In this document: positions 57,348 through 60,966 of the stretch, one piece after another
Position numbering within the stretch: position 1 is the stretch's first letter
Layout of the letters: each line of letters starts with the position of its first letter
Virus record (IMG/VR): IMGVR_UViG_3300017963_000051
Coordinates: 1-60,966 of that record
Origin: a virus
Taxonomy: Duplodnaviria > Caudoviricetes
Direction: 5' to 3' (one strand)
DNA length: 60,966 nucleotides
Made by a program: the position numbers and the translations under genes
Notes under the pieces: model-generated
Told to the model about the DNA's origin: nothing
Database searches by the model: none
The model's input: only the letters and a program-made list of their open reading frames with translations

Positions 57348-57471
57348 CGATGGAACCGAAGAGAGAGAAACCCGTGTGGCCTCCCGCAACGACTCCGGAA
57401 GAGCAGAAGGCGGACGATGAGGGCGGCCGAGAGAAGGAAGAGCCGACCAAGCCAGCGGAGGGTGAGAGGCA

Positions 57472-58260
57472 GTGAGCACGCCAAAGACATTAGTCGCGCG
57501 CACTCCCGAGGGTTTTCGCGTTGTGGGACCGTCTGCACAGCCTGGTGGTGGGGGAGTGTCTCGGGACTTCTCTGTCAATGAGGCACAGGCTTACCTTACC
57601 TCCGAGCCAGAGCTGGTGTTGCGAACCTCAGCTCTCGCGCCCGGGGCTGGCGGCTACAACGGTGGAGGTGTTGGGAACAAGGCGATCTGGGGTGTGTGGG
57701 GGCTTGACGGGCTTCCTATCGCTCAGTTTCTCTCGGCGGAGCTTGTGTGGACGAATGTTGTGGGGCCCGCGGGGATCAACTACATCCCGGCGGAGCCCAC
57801 CACCGTTGCCACTCCGTACCTCAACTTCCTCGTGGACTTCGATCCACTCGGTGCCGGCGACATCCGGGTGTGTGTCATCTGCACCGATCAGCTCAACCCT
57901 GCGATCAACAACGCAGTCGGAACCCAGGCCAACAACGGATCGAACGAACTGACCTACTCATGGGACGGCAATACACAGGACGTCCTGATCGTCGGGGCAC
58001 CTCCGGCAGCCGTGCCGGGCGGAGTCGCACCGAACGTGTCCGTCGGTCCCGGTTGGTTTGAAAACAGCTACACCTGGCAGGCTCTGGTAGCCGCCAATCC
58101 TAGTGCCGTGCTTGTGGATGCGTACAGCGGCGACGGTGGACTTCCTGCGGGAGCGATCACTCCGGCGTTCATGGTGATCTCCGGAGACAGCAATGCGCAG
58201 ATCAAGCAGGGCAAGCGCATCCTTTCCCTCGACGCCAATGGCATTGATGGGCTCGCGTAG
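57472..58260 (+). CDS. Spike or receptor-binding candidate
   Basis: Gly/Asn-rich beta protein; shares V(A)RTPEGxR with the upstream protein. Confidence 0.65.
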   Translation: MSTPKTLVARTPEGFRVVGPSAQPGGGGVSRDFSVNEAQAYLTSEPELVLRTSALAPGAGGYNGGGVGNKAIWGVWGLDGLPIAQFLSAELVWTNVVGPAGINYIPAEPTTVATPYLNFLVDFDPLGAGDIRVCVICTDQLNPAINNAVGTQANNGSNELTYSWDGNTQDVLIVGAPPAAVPGGVAPNVSVGPGWFENSYTWQALVAANPSAVLVDAYSGDGGLPAGAITPAFMVISGDSNAQIKQGKRILSLDANGIDGLA

Positions 58261-58288
58261 TTTCACAAGGACACGAAAGACAATCACG

Positions 58289-59023
58289 ATGGGCACTCTT
58301 TTTTGGATCGCACTTGGAGCCGGCGGGCTCTTCCTTCTTGCAGGAGCCGGCAGCGCTTCGATCGCCGTGAGCGCGGACTGTTCGACGATCACGGTCCGTG
58401 GAGGTGAGGAAGCCTTGCGGAAGCTGCTGTCGGACAAGTCGGGACCGGCCATGCAGGGTCTCGCCGATGCGCTTGCGGAGACGGGAGTGCTGCCCACGGG
58501 CATGGAGACGTTCAACGCGATGTTCGCTCCCTTCGCGCCGGCTGGCTGTTCGAGCTTTCCACCGAACACGCAGGTCGATCTTGGTGGCGGCAATGTCGTC
58601 ACTCTCGGGGAGATCGCCTCGATGTGGGACGAGATGACGGGGGGCGTGCAGGACCAGATCAACGCGGCGGCTGAGGCTGCTGAGATGTCGGAGTCTGGCG
58701 AGTGGGATCCGGAGATCAACCTCCCCGAGTTCCCGGAGTTCCCGCTGCTCCCAGGAGTCAACGACGATGAGGTCCCGGAGCCTCCGAGCATGGGCCCGGT
58801 CGACCCGGGGGAGCCCCCGAGCATGGGCGGCAGGACCCCGCGCCTCGACGCGGCGGGGACGCTGTTCATGGCCCGCAAGGCTCGGATGGGCGGCGGGGGG
58901 TACTACGTCAAGCGCGGGGTGAAGACGCCCCGCTCGAAGGTCAAGGCTCTCGTCGGGGCTCGGGTGGTCCGTGCACCGCGAGATACCAGCGCCATGTTGC
59001 AGGGGGCACGGCGTAAGCGGTAG
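58289..59023 (+). CDS. Membrane-anchored virion protein candidate with basic tail
   Basis: FWIALGAGGLFLLAG. Confidence 0.7.
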   Translation: MGTLFWIALGAGGLFLLAGAGSASIAVSADCSTITVRGGEEALRKLLSDKSGPAMQGLADALAETGVLPTGMETFNAMFAPFAPAGCSSFPPNTQVDLGGGNVVTLGEIASMWDEMTGGVQDQINAAAEAAEMSESGEWDPEINLPEFPEFPLLPGVNDDEVPEPPSMGPVDPGEPPSMGGRTPRLDAAGTLFMARKARMGGGGYYVKRGVKTPRSKVKALVGARVVRAPRDTSAMLQGARRKR

Positions 59024-59071
59024 AATCCCCCACGGTCACTACACGACGACCATTCAGAGGAGAAAGACATC

Positions 59072-59431
59072 ATGAGCGCAGATCAGATCAAGCCGGGCAA
59101 CCCCGGAATCACGGGCCGGGCTGCCGGCAATCAGACCATCGACGACGCCACCGTACCTGTGCAGAGCATCGGTAGCGGCACTCGCACGGTGCGTGCCGAC
59201 ACCACGGGCGGGAACATCCAGGCGGACCTTCCCAACGCGCAGGGCTACGCGGGCTCGTCCATCGCTCTCGACTACGTGGCGGGCGGCAACCAGCTCGTGC
59301 TCGCGGCGGCCAGCGGCAACACCATCCTCGGCCCATCGGGCACCTCGGGACCGTCCGAGACCTTGGCCGCGGACGGACTCTTCCTGCTCGTGCCCTTCGG
59401 CACCGAGTGGCGCGTCTTCGTCAGCGCCTAG
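59072..59431 (+). CDS. Small beta-rich structural protein
   Basis: ADTTGGNI..LP..G..GNTI..GTEWRV resembles fibre or decoration domains. Confidence 0.7.
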   Translation: MSADQIKPGNPGITGRAAGNQTIDDATVPVQSIGSGTRTVRADTTGGNIQADLPNAQGYAGSSIALDYVAGGNQLVLAAASGNTILGPSGTSGPSETLAADGLFLLVPFGTEWRVFVSA

Positions 59432-59949
59432 TCGGCGTCCGGGAAGTCCCGGACATCGGTGTCGAAAGTGGCTTCGTCCTCCTCGGGGGTCGAAGCCATT
59501 TTCGCGTTCCGGGCCCGACGCTTGCGGCGGGTCTCGCCCTTTTGCTCGGCGTCGGCTCGTGCGGGGTGGTCGACGTACCAGGCAGCGAGGGCAACACTGG
59601 CGTTGTTCGAGAAGCTGCCGTCCGGCATGAGGTACTTCTCGGCGTCTTCGGCGGGGGCTTCCGGGTCCGGGTGTTGGTCGATCCACTTTCCGAGACCCTG
59701 GATGTCGCGGGGATAGTGGCCGAGGATGACGGCGAGCTTCGAGGCACGGGAGATCCACAGGCGAGCATCCTCACTCGGAGCGCTCTCGTCACGATTCGCA
59801 TCATCCTGCGACGAATCGTGTACTTCCGCCTCCGTGACCTCGAACGGCACGTCAGCGGACATTTCGCTCCCCTGGACGATGGCGAGTGCCGCCGCTTCGA
59901 GCTGGGCCGCTTGTGAGAGTAGCAACTGTGCGATGGGGTTTGCGGGCAT
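59428..59949 (-). CDS. Hypothetical protein
   Basis: TATAGT 6 nt before ATG 59949. Confidence 0.65.
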   Translation of the reverse strand: MPANPIAQLLLSQAAQLEAAALAIVQGSEMSADVPFEVTEAEVHDSSQDDANRDESAPSEDARLWISRASKLAVILGHYPRDIQGLGKWIDQHPDPEAPAEDAEKYLMPDGSFSNNASVALAAWYVDHPARADAEQKGETRRKRRARNAKMASTPEEDEATFDTDVRDFPDAD

Positions 59950-59971
59950 GGCCCCACTATACTCGCCCGCT
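59950..59971. promoter_or_regulatory. Bidirectional overlapping -10 elements
   Basis: TATACT (+, 59958-59963) and TATAGT (-, 59956-59961) between divergent ATGs. Confidence 0.7.
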
Positions 59972-60742
59972 ATGCGATTCCTAGCTCGATTCGTGTTTCG
60001 CGCCTGGCTGTCCCAGCTTGCACAGGAAGACGTGGCAGAGGTGGAGCGGCTGGAGCGGGTTTCGGCCCCCGAGTACGTGGCCGCCATTGACCACGCCCTC
60101 GCCCGGGTCGACCCCCGAGGGGAGCACCCGGAGTGGCGGCCGATGCTGCTGCGCGTCTGTCGGCGAGAGGGCTGGTGCGGACGCTTCGGGCCCGTGGGCC
60201 GACATGAGATCGACGCATGGGCCGGCGTGGGGCGCTACGGGGCTGCTCTGGCTCGCGGCCACCTTGACCCCGTGGGGTGCCCGGAGCACCGTCTGAAGGA
60301 CTACAGCCAGGTGCGGGAGGACGTGGAGAGCTGGCCCGTCTCGAACGGCTGGTGGCGACGTCGCCGGGCTCGCGCCTTGGAGACCCTCGACGCCGCCCCT
60401 GTGGGCGCGTACGCGGCGGGTGACTTCTCGACCCGCGGCACTTTCGGCATGGCCGCGAGTCGCAACCTGCGGCGTCTGGGGCCGTGCACGCCGCCCGAGG
60501 CGATGGACGAGCCCGAGGGGGCGGCCCTGGTGGCGGCCCGGTACGTGGCGAGCTGTGGGCGGGACGGGGAGGCGTGCACGTGCGAGGACCACCTCCGACG
60601 GTGGGTCGGTGCGGGTCGGTGGGCCGGGCGGTCGTGGTGGGGGAAGGTGCGGACCTTGCGTCGCCAGTGTGGCGCGGTTTACGCATTTACCTGGGCCTTC
60701 GGTGAGCCGTTCGGCGAGGGCCGGTCGACTGAAGGGACATGA
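59972..60742 (+). CDS. Divergent lysozyme or transglycosylase-like protein
   Basis: VCRREG, STRGTFG, MDEPEGAALVAARY resemble SLT motifs. Confidence 0.5.
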   Translation: MRFLARFVFRAWLSQLAQEDVAEVERLERVSAPEYVAAIDHALARVDPRGEHPEWRPMLLRVCRREGWCGRFGPVGRHEIDAWAGVGRYGAALARGHLDPVGCPEHRLKDYSQVREDVESWPVSNGWWRRRRARALETLDAAPVGAYAAGDFSTRGTFGMAASRNLRRLGPCTPPEAMDEPEGAALVAARYVASCGRDGEACTCEDHLRRWVGAGRWAGRSWWGKVRTLRRQCGAVYAFTWAFGEPFGEGRSTEGT

Positions 60743-60954
60743 CCCCGAACATCGACCTCTCCGATCTCGACCACCTGAACCTGAGCCCGCGTGCCAGGAG
60801 GATCGCCCTACGGGCCCGTCTGCGCGGCTGGGCCGAGCGGGAGGGCCACACGGGCCTGCTCGCTCGCCTGGAGCGGGAGCACAAGTCCGCCACTCTCGAC
60901 GAGTGGACGGACGCGGATTTCGCGCGACTTGCAAAATCGGTTGTGAATAGGTAG
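60739..60954 (+). CDS. Hypothetical protein
   Basis: ATGA-coupled; ends within the terminal repeat. Confidence 0.6.
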   Translation: MTPNIDLSDLDHLNLSPRARRIALRARLRGWAEREGHTGLLARLEREHKSATLDEWTDADFARLAKSVVNR

Positions 60955-60966
60955 TCAGGTAGTCAC
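60844..60966. repeat. Terminal direct repeat, right copy
   Basis: Identical to 1-123. Confidence 0.97.

Overview
The window is a complete circular, GC-rich bacterial virus genome of about 60.8 kb; the first and last 123 bp are identical. Recognisable genes include a family A DNA polymerase, putative SSB, SNF2-like helicase, Cas4-like PD-(D/E)XK nuclease, a RepB-type primase fused to an origin-binding SF2 helicase, tyrosine recombinase, RusA, HNH, ParB, MT-A70 methyltransferase, oligoribonuclease, SLOG and J-domain proteins, two amidases, two transglycosylase-like proteins and a mosaic DUF3560-like protein of about 1840 aa. I see no terminase, portal, HK97 capsid, tail gene or packaging ATPase. 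Instead a + strand block (44.6-59.4 kb) encodes a candidate single jelly-roll capsid protein, a transglutaminase-like cysteine protease and many proteins with a shared Gly-rich N-terminal membrane anchor. This suggests a large, tailless, membrane-containing virus (inference). The non-coding DNA shows five ECF-like promoters (TGAATA-N15/16-CGTC, CGTC starting 16 nt before ATG), about ten copies of a TAGTCAGGTAGTCA operator, four covarying intergenic hairpins, leaderless -10 promoters and a probable structured sRNA of about 110 nt beside the primase gene. All calls come from motif reading by eye; no database searches were run.
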